A stretch of 64,000 bases of DNA from Spirochaetia bacterium (GCA_963668315.1 OY764216.1:1568001-1632000), one strand, 5' to 3'. Shown: positions 30,812 to 40,267, counted from the first letter of the stretch. Program-made: numbers and translations. Notes: generated by a model not told the origin, from the letters alone.

Positions 30812-30829
30812 GGTTCTACCTCTCTGTTG

Positions 30830-31438
30830 TTATGGTATGAGGCACAGAAGCTCCAGGAGCATCGCGCCGATATTCACATTTTTAATAATTGGCCCCTTTT
30901 CTTCCCGGGGCAGGTAAAACCCGGAAAGATTCAGGACGGCCTTTACTCCGCCCCGAACCATACGGAGGTAGGCTTTTTCCGTCTCCTCCGGTTCGGTGGT
31001 GATTATACCCAGAACGATACCCCGCCGGGGAAGAATTTCTTCCATTTCCCAGGCAGGATACAGATCTACAGGAATATCGAGCCGTTCCATGCGGTTCATT
31101 TTTCCGTCAAAAGCGGCGGAGAGCTCGATATCGTCCGACTGAATCAGAAGTTCCGTTAAATGAAGCCCAAGCGGTCCCAGTCCTGCCAGTCCGGCCTTGA
31201 CGGGGGTATTCAGTCCAAGAGTGCACCGGATATCTCTGGAAAGTTCGTCCGAACGGTATAATCCAGAGCGGCCGGTGCGGCCCAGTCGGCTGATATCCTT
31301 CCTTATCGAATCGGCCGTGGTATCCAGATACCGTCCGATCAGGCGGGAGTTCAGATTCTCCTCCTCTTCCTCAAGCTGGGGAAGCAGGGTCAGGAGTTCG
31401 GTTAACCGGATCAACGCCGGGTCCGTCTTTCCAGGCAT
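30830..31438 (-). CDS. rex: Divergent Rex-family redox-sensing repressor
   Basis: Winged-helix segment SIRKDISRLG; Rossmann GLGPLG; AAFD; GVKAVLNL. Confidence 0.7.
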   Translation of the reverse strand: MPGKTDPALIRLTELLTLLPQLEEEEENLNSRLIGRYLDTTADSIRKDISRLGRTGRSGLYRSDELSRDIRCTLGLNTPVKAGLAGLGPLGLHLTELLIQSDDIELSAAFDGKMNRMERLDIPVDLYPAWEMEEILPRRGIVLGIITTEPEETEKAYLRMVRGGVKAVLNLSGFYLPREEKGPIIKNVNIGAMLLELLCLIP

Positions 31439-31444
31439 GGTTTG

Positions 31445-31473
31445 ACTTTAACACGGAGATGTTTTTTTAACAA
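31445..31473 (-). promoter_or_regulatory. sigma-70-like extended -10 promoter, probably leaderless
   Basis: Minus strand TTGTTA-N17-TAAAGT (preceded by TGt), then N6-ATG(31438). Confidence 0.55.
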
Positions 31474-31481
31474 GAATGGGG

Positions 31482-31497
31482 TGTGAAATAATTCACA
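31482..31497. promoter_or_regulatory. Rex operator-like palindrome
   Basis: TGTGAA-ATAA-TTCACA matches the core of the Rex consensus TTGTGAA-N4-TTCACAA; 8 nt upstream of the predicted rex -35. Confidence 0.75.
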
Positions 31498-31503
31498 GGA
31501 AGG

Positions 31504-31665
31504 TCAGGCCGGTTTGGAAGCGGTTGAATTATCGAAGCTATCGTCCTTCCCGTAGGAGGAATCATGGGAGAGGGCGGAGGGCATACCGTCTTTTTTCTGT
31601 TTTGAATAGAGGGAAGCTGCCATAATTAAGAGGCAAAGAGTCTGCAGTCGTGTGTCGTTTTTCAT
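31504..31665 (-). CDS. Small ORF (53 aa), possibly the truncated remnant of an exported protein
   Basis: AGGAGAAGTAA-ATG; MKNDTRLQTLCLLIMAASLYS (signal-peptide-like) then KQKKDGMPSALSHDSSYGKDDSFDNSTASKPA; lies downstream of a sigma-54 promoter. Confidence 0.4.
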   Translation of the reverse strand: MKNDTRLQTLCLLIMAASLYSKQKKDGMPSALSHDSSYGKDDSFDNSTASKPA

Positions 31666-31737
31666 TTACTTCTCCTGGGCAGCATGGACAACCGGCAGCT
31701 ATACAGCCGACAGCCATGCTCCTTGTTACTGTTTAAT

Positions 31738-31753
31738 AGCAATTTCCGGGCCA
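31738..31753 (-). promoter_or_regulatory. sigma-54 (-24/-12) promoter
   Basis: Minus strand TGGCCCGGAAATTGCT; GG-N10-GC spacing is exact. Confidence 0.7.
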
Positions 31754-31870
31754 AGTTCTAAGGGGCCTCATGGCAGGTTAGAATCAACCTAGTCTACTTT
31801 TATGTACAAAATGTGTTAAAAAAGCTTCCTTCCTGTGTCTTTGCTTCCTCCTTTCAGGAAGGGATCAGAT

Positions 31871-32605
31871 CTATGCCGAACGGGGGCAGAATCGGGACAG
31901 ATTCATCAGCTGGGCCGTTCCCGCTATGGTGGTGCCGTAGAAGTAGACCGGTTTACCCACAAGGTAATCGGGAAGGGTTCCGTTGACCACCGTGCTGCCC
32001 GTACAGAGAAGGATATCGCACCAGCCGAGAACTTCATCCCTGGCATCTGTTCCCGATTCGACTTTTACTCCGTAAAGGACCGTTCCTATCTTGTCCTTAT
32101 CCAGGTCCAGGACTCTCAGGGAATGAAGAGGGCTCAGTTTTTCCAGCATGCTGGGTTGGAATCCCACCAGGGCGATCTTCGCCTTTTCCCATTCCCCGTT
32201 CAATTTCTCCGCCAGATCGCAGGCGCAGAACTCGGGCTGATTATCCTTACAGTGAACGGTGTTCCCCGAATGATGAATGTGAGACATAACCGCATTCAAG
32301 GCGCTAATGAAAACAGCTCTGTGATAATGGGACCGGTCGGCGTTCTCCATTATGTTTTTCAGGCTGCCTTCAAAGGGACCGGGCTGGTCGGTAAAAGCCT
32401 GCCCCCGTGACTCTCTGAACCGGGCTTCCATAAGTGATTCCTTCCCTGTCAGCAGGGGGAAATCCTTCCTGTCCGGATTTCCGATGGCTTCTTCATCGGT
32501 AAGAGCTCTCCCCTTCACGGTAATCGTCTCGTCCCAGTACCCGTTTTCCTGAATCACGGCCTTGAAACGCGTTTTGAGTTCTTCGTAAAAATCATTCCTG
32601 TTCAT
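31871..32605 (-). CDS. DUF364/Rossmann-like (putative metal-chelation) protein
   Basis: EEAIGNP.RKDFPL..GKE, GQAFTD, TGSTVVNGT, YGTTIAG; start MNRNDF after AGGAG. Confidence 0.8.
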   Translation of the reverse strand: MNRNDFYEELKTRFKAVIQENGYWDETITVKGRALTDEEAIGNPDRKDFPLLTGKESLMEARFRESRGQAFTDQPGPFEGSLKNIMENADRSHYHRAVFISALNAVMSHIHHSGNTVHCKDNQPEFCACDLAEKLNGEWEKAKIALVGFQPSMLEKLSPLHSLRVLDLDKDKIGTVLYGVKVESGTDARDEVLGWCDILLCTGSTVVNGTLPDYLVGKPVYFYGTTIAGTAQLMNLSRFCPRSA

Positions 32606-33275
32606 AATCACTTCTCCTTTGTATCAATGAAAAAAGAATAAGGGCAATTGCGGCTAAGAGAAGGGAGAGGAATCCCGCCTTCCGGTAGTCTCCTTCGAAT
32701 ACGGCATTATAGATGGCCAGGGAGATCGTTTCGGTTTTCCCCGCGATGTTTCCCCCCAGCATAAGGGTTATTCCCACTTCTCCCAGAGACCGTCCCACGG
32801 TTAATGTCAGGCCGGTGACAATACCCGTTTTTATCTGGGGGAGCACGATGAAACGGAGAATCTGAAATCGGCCGGCTCCCTGGAGAGAAGCCGCTTCCAG
32901 CAGGGAACGGTTCAGTCCGGAGGCGGATGTCTGGACCGCTTTGAGCATCAGAGGAAAGCTGGCTATCAGAGCGGCCAGGAAGACCCCGGTGGTGCTGAAA
33001 ATCAGGCTGACATTGAAAATCCGTGAGAGCCCCCGCCCTATGATCCCACTCCTTCCGAAGAGGATGATCAGGAAAAATCCCAGTCCGATGGGAGGAAAAA
33101 CCAGAGGCAGGGTCGCCATAATATCAATGGCCCGGGTGGTTTTTTTTTGAGGATTCAGGGCCAGATGGACACCCGAGACCGTTCCCAGCAGCAGATTGGC
33201 CAGGCAGGACATAATCAGAATGCGTCCCGAAAAAAGGAGCACGCCGGCAAGGGCGGGGTCGGTTTTAAAGACCAT
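32592..33275 (-). CDS. modB: Molybdate ABC transporter permease
   Basis: LPLVFPP..LGF, EAASLQGA, RSLGEVGITLMLGGNIAGKTETISLAIY; start set at MVFKTD. Confidence 0.9.
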   Translation of the reverse strand: MVFKTDPALAGVLLFSGRILIMSCLANLLLGTVSGVHLALNPQKKTTRAIDIMATLPLVFPPIGLGFFLIILFGRSGIIGRGLSRIFNVSLIFSTTGVFLAALIASFPLMLKAVQTSASGLNRSLLEAASLQGAGRFQILRFIVLPQIKTGIVTGLTLTVGRSLGEVGITLMLGGNIAGKTETISLAIYNAVFEGDYRKAGFLSLLLAAIALILFSLIQRRSDYEQE

Positions 33276-34011
33276 AGCTCTCAAAGATGCCGTCCGCTTC
33301 GGCTGAGGCCAGAAAGGTCTTGAACCGGGCGATATCCTCATCGTCCTCAAAGCCTTCCACTATACCTGCCACAATGGAAATTTCCGAATAGCCCGTATCC
33401 AGTATGGTGTAACCGCCTATCCGATCGGCGATGGCGATGGCATCGGTCAGGTTGATAAAACCTGCGTCCACCTCTCCCGAGATCAGGTAGGAGGACACCT
33501 GGGGAACCGTCGATGCCATGAGGATTTTACTTTCCAGTTGTTCCCAGAGCCCCGCACCCTCAAGGTACTCTCTGGCAGCCGTACCGTAGATGGCTTTCTG
33601 GGTATCGGGAAGGGATAGACGCTGAACCGCTTCTCCCGTCAGGTCGTCCACACTGATCTCGTCCAATCCCTTGCGGTAGGCAAGTACGAGTCTGCCACGT
33701 CCCAGGGGAAGGTATTCGGTATAGCTGACGCCGAGCTGGGGGTTGGAAAGGAATTTTTTATCTCCCACGAGGAGTCCTACTTTCCCGCTCTCCCTGACCT
33801 GAAGAGAGACTGTCTGCATGTTGCCGAAGACGGAGTTGATCCGGACGGGATTCTTCTCCATGAAAGATTCGCATACTTCAAGAACCGGTTTCTTGTATCC
33901 CGCTCCCGAGGCGATGAAAATCTCTCCTTTTTCTGACTGTCCTTCTGCTGAAATAGTAAGTAACGTGACAAAAAGTGATAAAAATAATCCGCAAATAATC
34001 TGTTTAGTCAT
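33265..34011 (-). CDS. modA: Molybdate ABC transporter substrate-binding protein
   Basis: Signal peptide; ASGAGYKKP, AIYGTAA, VPQVSSYL.SGEVDAGFINLT; start MTKQ after AGGAG. Confidence 0.87.
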   Translation of the reverse strand: MTKQIICGLFLSLFVTLLTISAEGQSEKGEIFIASGAGYKKPVLEVCESFMEKNPVRINSVFGNMQTVSLQVRESGKVGLLVGDKKFLSNPQLGVSYTEYLPLGRGRLVLAYRKGLDEISVDDLTGEAVQRLSLPDTQKAIYGTAAREYLEGAGLWEQLESKILMASTVPQVSSYLISGEVDAGFINLTDAIAIADRIGGYTILDTGYSEISIVAGIVEGFEDDEDIARFKTFLASAEADGIFESYGL

Positions 34012-34038
34012 TTTATGATCTCCTATGTCCATTGATAA

Positions 34039-34054
34039 TGCAAATTTTATGCCA
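34039..34054 (-). promoter_or_regulatory. sigma-54 (-24/-12) promoter of modA
   Basis: Minus strand TGGCATAAAATTTGCA; exact GG-N10-GC; 27 nt before the modA ATG. Confidence 0.8.
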
Positions 34055-34184
34055 GTGCTAAAGGACTGTCTGCTCGGTTTATACTCTTTTCTTTTTTACA
34101 ATATTGTAGAAACCATGGGACTGTTTTCATTTAAGTGGCTTTTCCTCCCTGTACAGGGAAGGAGGAATTATTTATATTTTCCCC

Positions 34185-34844
34185 ATGATCCGAGTTGTTA
34201 ATCTGGGTATGGTGGATTACGAAGAAGCTCTTGCCGTTCAAAAGATGATCAGGGACGGCATCATCGACGGGAGGGAACCGGACACCCTTCTCCTGCTGGA
34301 GCACCCGCCGGTCATCACCCTGGGAAAACGGGGTATGGCGGAGAATATCACCCTGTCCCTGAAATCCCTGGAGGAAAGGGGCGTCTCCGTGATTGAAGTG
34401 GAGAGGGGAGGGAATGTCACCTATCACGGCCCCGGTCAGCTGGTAGGTTACCCCCTTTTGAATCTGGCGGAGAGAGAACCGGATCTCCATCTGTATGTGG
34501 ACAGGATTGAAGAGGTTTTTGTCCGGCTGCTCGAGGAAGAGTACGGTATCAGAGCCGACCGGGATAAGGGAAAATATACCGGCGTCTATGTGGGACGGGA
34601 TAAGCTCACCGCCATAGGAATCGCCGTGAAGAAATGGGTGACCTACCACGGGTTCGCCTGCAATGTGAATACTGACCTGACCCCCTTTTCATGGATGGTT
34701 CCCTGTGGTCTCTCCGACCGGGGGGTGACTTCCCTGGAGAAGCTGACAGGAAAGAAACAGAGTATGGACAGGATACGCAAGCTGGTCGTACGGCTGTTCG
34801 GTGAAGTATTCGGGGATGAGATGGTATGGATGAAAAACGTTTGA
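34185..34844 (+). CDS. lipB: Octanoyltransferase
   Basis: LEHPPVITLG, RGGNVTYHGPGQLVGYP, KLTAIG, HGFACN, VPCG. Confidence 0.96.
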   Translation: MIRVVNLGMVDYEEALAVQKMIRDGIIDGREPDTLLLLEHPPVITLGKRGMAENITLSLKSLEERGVSVIEVERGGNVTYHGPGQLVGYPLLNLAEREPDLHLYVDRIEEVFVRLLEEEYGIRADRDKGKYTGVYVGRDKLTAIGIAVKKWVTYHGFACNVNTDLTPFSWMVPCGLSDRGVTSLEKLTGKKQSMDRIRKLVVRLFGEVFGDEMVWMKNV

Positions 34845-35704
34845 GAAAGCCGGACTGGCTCCGGGTGTGGATTCCGGCGGAGATTCGGGGCGAGGAGGAA
34901 AGGGTCGCCGAAACGGTATCCCGTTTTCATTTGAATACGGTTTGCAGTGAAGCTCTCTGTCCGAACCGGGGGGAGTGCTTTCAGAGGCAGACCGCCACCT
35001 TCATGATACTGGGAGCCGTCTGTTCGCGGAACTGCGCTTTCTGCAATGTCCATCCGGGAAAGCCCGGCCCGCTGGATCGGGACGAGCCGGAGAATGTCGC
35101 GCGGGCGGCGAAGGAGCTGAACCTCCGCCATGTGGTGGTGACGTCCGTAACCCGGGACGATCTGAGCGACGGCGGATCGGAGCATTTCGCCCTGACCGTC
35201 AGGGCTATTCGATCAAGCCTCCCCGAAGCGACTATCGAGGTTCTCATTCCCGACTTCCTGGGGAATTCCGAGTCTCTGGACCGGGTCATCGCCTCCGAAC
35301 CGGACATCATTAATCACAATGTGGAAACGGTCCCCCGTCTCTACGGCGAGGTCCGTCCCCAGGCCGATTACCGGCAGTCCCTGGAACTGCTGAGAAGGGT
35401 GAAGGAGAGGGCGCCCCGAATCCTGACCAAGTCAGGGATGATGCTGGGACTGGGCGAGGAGAGGGAAGAGGTGCTGGGTGTTCTGAAGGATCTGCGGGTC
35501 AACCGATGCGATATGCTTACCCTGGGGCAGTATCTGGCCCCCTCGGCCAGGCATTATCCCGTAAAGGAGTATATCACTCCCGACAATTTTGATGAGTACG
35601 GCCGGCTGGCCCGGGAAATGGGTTTTTCCTATGTGGCATCGGCCCCTCTGGTCCGATCTTCCTACCTGGCCGAAGAAGCTCTGGCCGGGCGCATCAGGGA
35701 ATAA
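34826..35704 (+). CDS. lipA: Lipoyl synthase
   Basis: CSEALCPNRGEC and CSRNCAFC cluster motifs; TSVTRDDL; VRSSY. Confidence 0.97.
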   Translation: MDEKRLRKPDWLRVWIPAEIRGEEERVAETVSRFHLNTVCSEALCPNRGECFQRQTATFMILGAVCSRNCAFCNVHPGKPGPLDRDEPENVARAAKELNLRHVVVTSVTRDDLSDGGSEHFALTVRAIRSSLPEATIEVLIPDFLGNSESLDRVIASEPDIINHNVETVPRLYGEVRPQADYRQSLELLRRVKERAPRILTKSGMMLGLGEEREEVLGVLKDLRVNRCDMLTLGQYLAPSARHYPVKEYITPDNFDEYGRLAREMGFSYVASAPLVRSSYLAEEALAGRIRE

Positions 35705-36902
35705 GCTCCCTTATCCAGGAGAACTCCTTCATTTTCTTTTTCCGGGAGGAACGGATTTTTTCCGCCCCCAGGAAAAGGGCGAAATTTTTCAGACATTCGG
35801 CCATGTCCTCTTTAAGGTCCGGTGTCAGAGAACAATCCGGTTCCCACCACCAGTCTTCCAGTCTGAGAGTTTTTTCCTCCCTGTTGTAAACCGGCTCACA
35901 GCGGGCGACAAACCGGTCCTTCCAGATAACGGGCAGAACGTAATAGGCGTATTTTCTCTCCCGTAACGGCGTGTACACTTCCCATTTATAGTCGAAATCA
36001 AAGAGTTCGGCAATGAAGTTCCTGTCCCAGATCAGATTATCCAGGGGGGCGATGAATTCCATTCTGCCATCGGACGGCTTCGGCGTATTCCGTTTTTCCC
36101 ATGCTTCCCGGGGAGAGTACAGGGGGCGGGATATCCCCTTGACGGTGATCTCCTCTATCTCTCCCCTTTCCAGCGACCTCTTTATGGCATCCGCTCTTTC
36201 TGTGCTGTTCATGGGGGTGCCCAGCCAGGGGCCGTCCCCTCCTTTATTCCAGATGAGCCCCTGGGAGGCCGCCCTCCGCCGGACATACCAGCGGAAATGG
36301 TCCCGGTCATCGGGAAAAGGGTCCGAAGCCTCCCTGATTTCATCGGGAATCCATCGTTCGGTTAATCCGTAGAATTTACGCGTTCCTTCCTTATGATGTA
36401 CGATCAGCTCTCCCGTATGGTACATGCTTTCGAGTACGGCCCGGACGATGGACGTCGGAGCCCAGGACCAGTCCGTCATTCCAGAAGAAGGCAGGTCGTT
36501 TGAGCAGATAGAGTCCCTGCCACCGAGGTAGGAGAGAATCTTATTCCGGGTATCCTCGAACTCCCGGGACCTTTCCCTGTAACGGCTTGTGAAACTCTGC
36601 CTCATACGGGCGAAAAGGGGCCAGTCCTCCACCGGCCAGAGAGACATCATCTTGTCCCAGCCGTCGATCAGATTACGCTCATTATAAAGGAGATCGTACA
36701 AGAGCGGTTCCGAGTAGCCGAAAAAGCGGCTCTGCAGAACCAGATCCGCATTCCGTCCCGTCCGGTTCAGCGGGTCGTATTGTATACAGCCTACCTTGCG
36801 GATATGTTCGAGAATAATTCTGCCTTCAGCCGTGGGTTTGGTACCGGACAACCCCTGGTAATTTAGGATATAGCCCCGGGCTTCCTCTTTGTCTATTGTC
36901 AT
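35694..36902 (-). CDS. YcaQ-like (AlkZ/HTH_42) DNA crosslink-repair glycosylase
   Basis: CIQYDPL (QxD), APLDNLIWDR...LFDFDYKWEVYTP..RKY.YYVLP; start MTIDKEE overlaps the upstream stop (ATGA). Confidence 0.88.
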   Translation of the reverse strand: MTIDKEEARGYILNYQGLSGTKPTAEGRIILEHIRKVGCIQYDPLNRTGRNADLVLQSRFFGYSEPLLYDLLYNERNLIDGWDKMMSLWPVEDWPLFARMRQSFTSRYRERSREFEDTRNKILSYLGGRDSICSNDLPSSGMTDWSWAPTSIVRAVLESMYHTGELIVHHKEGTRKFYGLTERWIPDEIREASDPFPDDRDHFRWYVRRRAASQGLIWNKGGDGPWLGTPMNSTERADAIKRSLERGEIEEITVKGISRPLYSPREAWEKRNTPKPSDGRMEFIAPLDNLIWDRNFIAELFDFDYKWEVYTPLRERKYAYYVLPVIWKDRFVARCEPVYNREEKTLRLEDWWWEPDCSLTPDLKEDMAECLKNFALFLGAEKIRSSRKKKMKEFSWIRELIP

Positions 36903-39900
36903 TCCCCGCTCAGTACTTCCTCCATAACCCGGCTCAGCTGGGCAATGGTGTAGGGTTTGCGGCAGAAACCGGACAGCCCTGCCTGCTTCAGTATATTCAG
37001 GTCCTCTTCGGAAGTAAAGCCGGAAGTGAGGAGGACTTTCACCGAAGGATCGATTTTTTTCATGGCAAAGAAACACTCCCTCCCGTTCATTCCGGGCATG
37101 ATCATATCCAGTATGACCAGATCGATCATTTTATGATTCTTTCTGAAATATTCCACGCCCTTTTCTCCGTTTTCCATAGTCTGGGCATCATAGCCAAGAT
37201 CGATAACGATCTCCCGGGCTGTAATTCTCATAGCCATATCATCATCCACAATCAGCACAAGTTTCTTTTCTTCAGCTTTCCGCACCACATCGGGATCTTT
37301 CGAGGCCGGTTCCGATTCTTCGATAAGGGGAAGGAGTATGATAAATTCCGCTCCTTCTCCCTCAGGGCTTTTCACTTCTATGGAACCCCCGTGTTTCTCC
37401 ACCGTACGGTATACGGCCGAGAGTCCCAGCCCCGTTCCTTTACCCTCTTCCTTTGTCGTGAAAAAAGGTTCGAATATATGGTCAATTATGTCATCGGGAA
37501 TGCCCGAACCGGTATCGCGGAATGATATCTTCAAATAGTTTCCCGGCTTCAGGTTAAAAAGGCTTTCCCCGCAGGCCTTTTCGTCCAGATGGATCTTCTC
37601 TGTCCTGATGAAAATGGTTCCCCCCTCGGGCATGGCATGGGAGGCGTTGATTCCCAGGTTCATCAGGGCGTTCTGGAGAAGGGAAGGATCTCCCACGGCT
37701 GGGCAGGCCAATCCCGTCAGATCTGGCTTCAAGGCGATTCGTTTATCAATAGTCCGCTCCAGAAGTTTGATCGTCTCTCCGATCTCTTCCTCCACATCAA
37801 AGCTGGTGGACGCCTTCTCTCTTTTCCGGGAGAAGACCAGCAGCTCCTTTGTCAGGTCCGCCGCTTTCCGGGCCGTGCTTATGATCAGATCCAGATACTC
37901 GCTAGCCGCCTTTTTATCGGAAAGGAAGGGCTTGAGGAGCTGGGACGCGCCGATGATTCCCCCCAGCATGTTATTAAAATCATGGGTGATTCCTCCGGCC
38001 AGCTGTCCCAGGGTATCCATTTTGTCCATATGGCTCAACTGCTTTCTCAGCTGGTTCTCCTCGGACATATCCCTGAATACGATCACGGCGCCTCCCGTCT
38101 TTTCTGCTTCGTATCTTATGGGCGAACAGTTTATGCTCAGGGGCCGTTCGTCGCTCTTTCTGCCTGTGGTGAACAGATTGGTGGAAATAAAGGCAGCCTC
38201 TTCTCCCGCGAGGACAGGTCCGACCGGGTCGATCTCCGTTTTATCCGGAAGAAAGGAGAACAGGGGAAGAACTTCGGCCAGGGACCGGCCACCCGCTTCC
38301 TCCGTCGTCCACCCCGTCAGTTTTTCCGCCACGGGATTCATACGGACTATATTCCCCATCTCATCGGTGGAGATCACGCCGTCGCCTATGGAATTCAAGG
38401 TGATTTCCAGATACTCTTCCCGGTTCCTCAGTTCATTCTCTGCCCTTTTCATAGCCGTAATGTCCACGGCTACTCCCAGGACGGCCGGTTCGTTGAACAG
38501 ATCGTGGGGACAGGGAATCTTTGTTATCTGAAGCCAGAAAGCTTCCCCCTCGGAAGAGGTATACATACGCTGAACATCATGGAGGCTGCGGCCCGTATCC
38601 AGAACATAGAGGTCGTCCTCCCGGAATTCCCGATTCTCCTTCCCGTTTACCTTTCTGCTCATCCATTCGTTCGTCATCAGGTATTCCCCGGCCCTGTTCT
38701 TGACAAAGATATAGTGGGGGATCGCATCGATAATCGTTCTGAGTTTCTTCTCTGCCCTCTCTACCTTCAATTGGCCGGTTTTTCTTTCGGTGATATCCTC
38801 TTCCGTCCCCAGAATCCCGATGACCCTGCCGTCCGCATCCTTTACGGGAATACGGCTCTCCAGCTGCCAGTGATTTTCTCCGTTCCGGTCCATCCGGGCC
38901 TCTTCCCGGTTTATCTGCGGGAGTTCCGTCCTCAGTATCTCCCGGTTCTTCCCGTCTTCCTCCTCCCTCTGTTCATCCCCGGGAAAGATCTCTCCTTCCC
39001 GTTTTCCCATAAGTTCCCCTTCGTCCTTTCCGGTGCAGGCTGAATAAGCCCTGTTGCAGCCGAGATAACGCATTTCCCTGTCCTTCCAGTAGATCTTGAC
39101 GGGGATATGGTTGATGATCTGCTTAAGCAGTATCCCCTGGGAAAGCAGCTGATTTTGAATCCGTTTTCTGGCCCGGCTGAGGAGAATGAGAACCACGATC
39201 AGTGACATCTGTAGAGTAATGACCGACAGGGAGATCCAGATGATTCGGGCGTTTCGGGAATAAAACGTGGAAGGCCGGTAGAAGACCTCCCCCCCTTCGG
39301 GAAGAGCGGAGAGGGGAATGGAGAACCTTTTCAGCTCCCGGTAATCGAATTTAAGCTGATGCTCCGTTTCGAAGACAGGGGGAATGGCCCGGACCGGTAT
39401 CCCGTCCAGAATCTGCCGGGCCATTTCGCCCGCACCGAAACCCTGGCTGTAGCCGTTAACCAGATAGCCGCCAATGATGCCGCTGCCGAAGGTGAAATTC
39501 CATGCTCCGTACAGGGGCGCCCGGGAGAAGCGGCGGATCAGCTCGGCTGCCTCGGCGCTGTCGTAGGTTTCGCCGTCTTTGTCGATGAAGAAGAAGGTCA
39601 TAAGCACGGCTGTTTTCCCGGGTAGATCTCTGACAAGATTTATCAGCTCTTCCTTGTTTATCCGGTAAACCAGATCAATTTCCGGACCGGAAGGGAAGGC
39701 TTGCTCCTTCAGGCCCTGAACATACTCCTGGACCTGTCTGCCCGTTGTCGTGTCATCGGTAATGATGATTATCCTCTCCGTATCCTCCTGGAGAGAGAGG
39801 ATCAGATCCAGATTTTTTTTAAGATCCGCCTCCTCATTGATGCCGGTTGTCAGGGAGGGATCGGCTATATCTCCCTCATTAAGGTAGTTGTAACCGCAGA

Positions 39901-40261
39901 AGACATGGGGGATCATCCCGAATATCTCCCGGCCCCTGTCCCGGAAAAAATTGAAGGCGTTGTTATCGGCAGTTATCACCAGGTCGAATTCGATGTCTTC
40001 GTATTTCGCTTTGTAAAGAGAGGCAAGAAGGTCGATATAGGAGTTATCGTAATCCCTTTTGGTGTCCATATATTCCACGTAGAGATCGGCATTCAGGTCG
40101 GAGAAGGCCTCTTCCACCCCCCTGGTTATTTCATCGCTCCAGAGATACCCCTTATGGTAGGAGTTCAGAAGAAGCACCCGGCTGCTTTTTCCGTCCCCGT
40201 GGGCAAGTGACGCGGCCAGTATGAAGAGAAGGAGTAGAAAGGGAATCTTTCCTCGTACCAT
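36899..40261 (-). CDS. Hybrid sensor histidine kinase (periplasmic binding domain, 3 PAS, HK, REC)
   Basis: LLNSYHKGYLWSD sensor; GGITHDFNN; FTTKEEGKGTGLGL; C-terminal REC (LIVDDD, LDMIMPGMNG). Confidence 0.95.
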   Translation of the reverse strand: MVRGKIPFLLLLFILAASLAHGDGKSSRVLLLNSYHKGYLWSDEITRGVEEAFSDLNADLYVEYMDTKRDYDNSYIDLLASLYKAKYEDIEFDLVITADNNAFNFFRDRGREIFGMIPHVFCGYNYLNEGDIADPSLTTGINEEADLKKNLDLILSLQEDTERIIIITDDTTTGRQVQEYVQGLKEQAFPSGPEIDLVYRINKEELINLVRDLPGKTAVLMTFFFIDKDGETYDSAEAAELIRRFSRAPLYGAWNFTFGSGIIGGYLVNGYSQGFGAGEMARQILDGIPVRAIPPVFETEHQLKFDYRELKRFSIPLSALPEGGEVFYRPSTFYSRNARIIWISLSVITLQMSLIVVLILLSRARKRIQNQLLSQGILLKQIINHIPVKIYWKDREMRYLGCNRAYSACTGKDEGELMGKREGEIFPGDEQREEEDGKNREILRTELPQINREEARMDRNGENHWQLESRIPVKDADGRVIGILGTEEDITERKTGQLKVERAEKKLRTIIDAIPHYIFVKNRAGEYLMTNEWMSRKVNGKENREFREDDLYVLDTGRSLHDVQRMYTSSEGEAFWLQITKIPCPHDLFNEPAVLGVAVDITAMKRAENELRNREEYLEITLNSIGDGVISTDEMGNIVRMNPVAEKLTGWTTEEAGGRSLAEVLPLFSFLPDKTEIDPVGPVLAGEEAAFISTNLFTTGRKSDERPLSINCSPIRYEAEKTGGAVIVFRDMSEENQLRKQLSHMDKMDTLGQLAGGITHDFNNMLGGIIGASQLLKPFLSDKKAASEYLDLIISTARKAADLTKELLVFSRKREKASTSFDVEEEIGETIKLLERTIDKRIALKPDLTGLACPAVGDPSLLQNALMNLGINASHAMPEGGTIFIRTEKIHLDEKACGESLFNLKPGNYLKISFRDTGSGIPDDIIDHIFEPFFTTKEEGKGTGLGLSAVYRTVEKHGGSIEVKSPEGEGAEFIILLPLIEESEPASKDPDVVRKAEEKKLVLIVDDDMAMRITAREIVIDLGYDAQTMENGEKGVEYFRKNHKMIDLVILDMIMPGMNGRECFFAMKKIDPSVKVLLTSGFTSEEDLNILKQAGLSGFCRKPYTIAQLSRVMEEVLSGE

Positions 40262-40267
40262 AACTCA

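Noticed and set aside
31562..31717. Alternative Cys-rich 51-aa ORF (MAVGCIAAGCPCCPG...) on the minus strand
   Set aside because: AAGGAG is only 1 nt from the ATG and the start is buried in a stem; the overlapping ORF at 31665 has a better SD.
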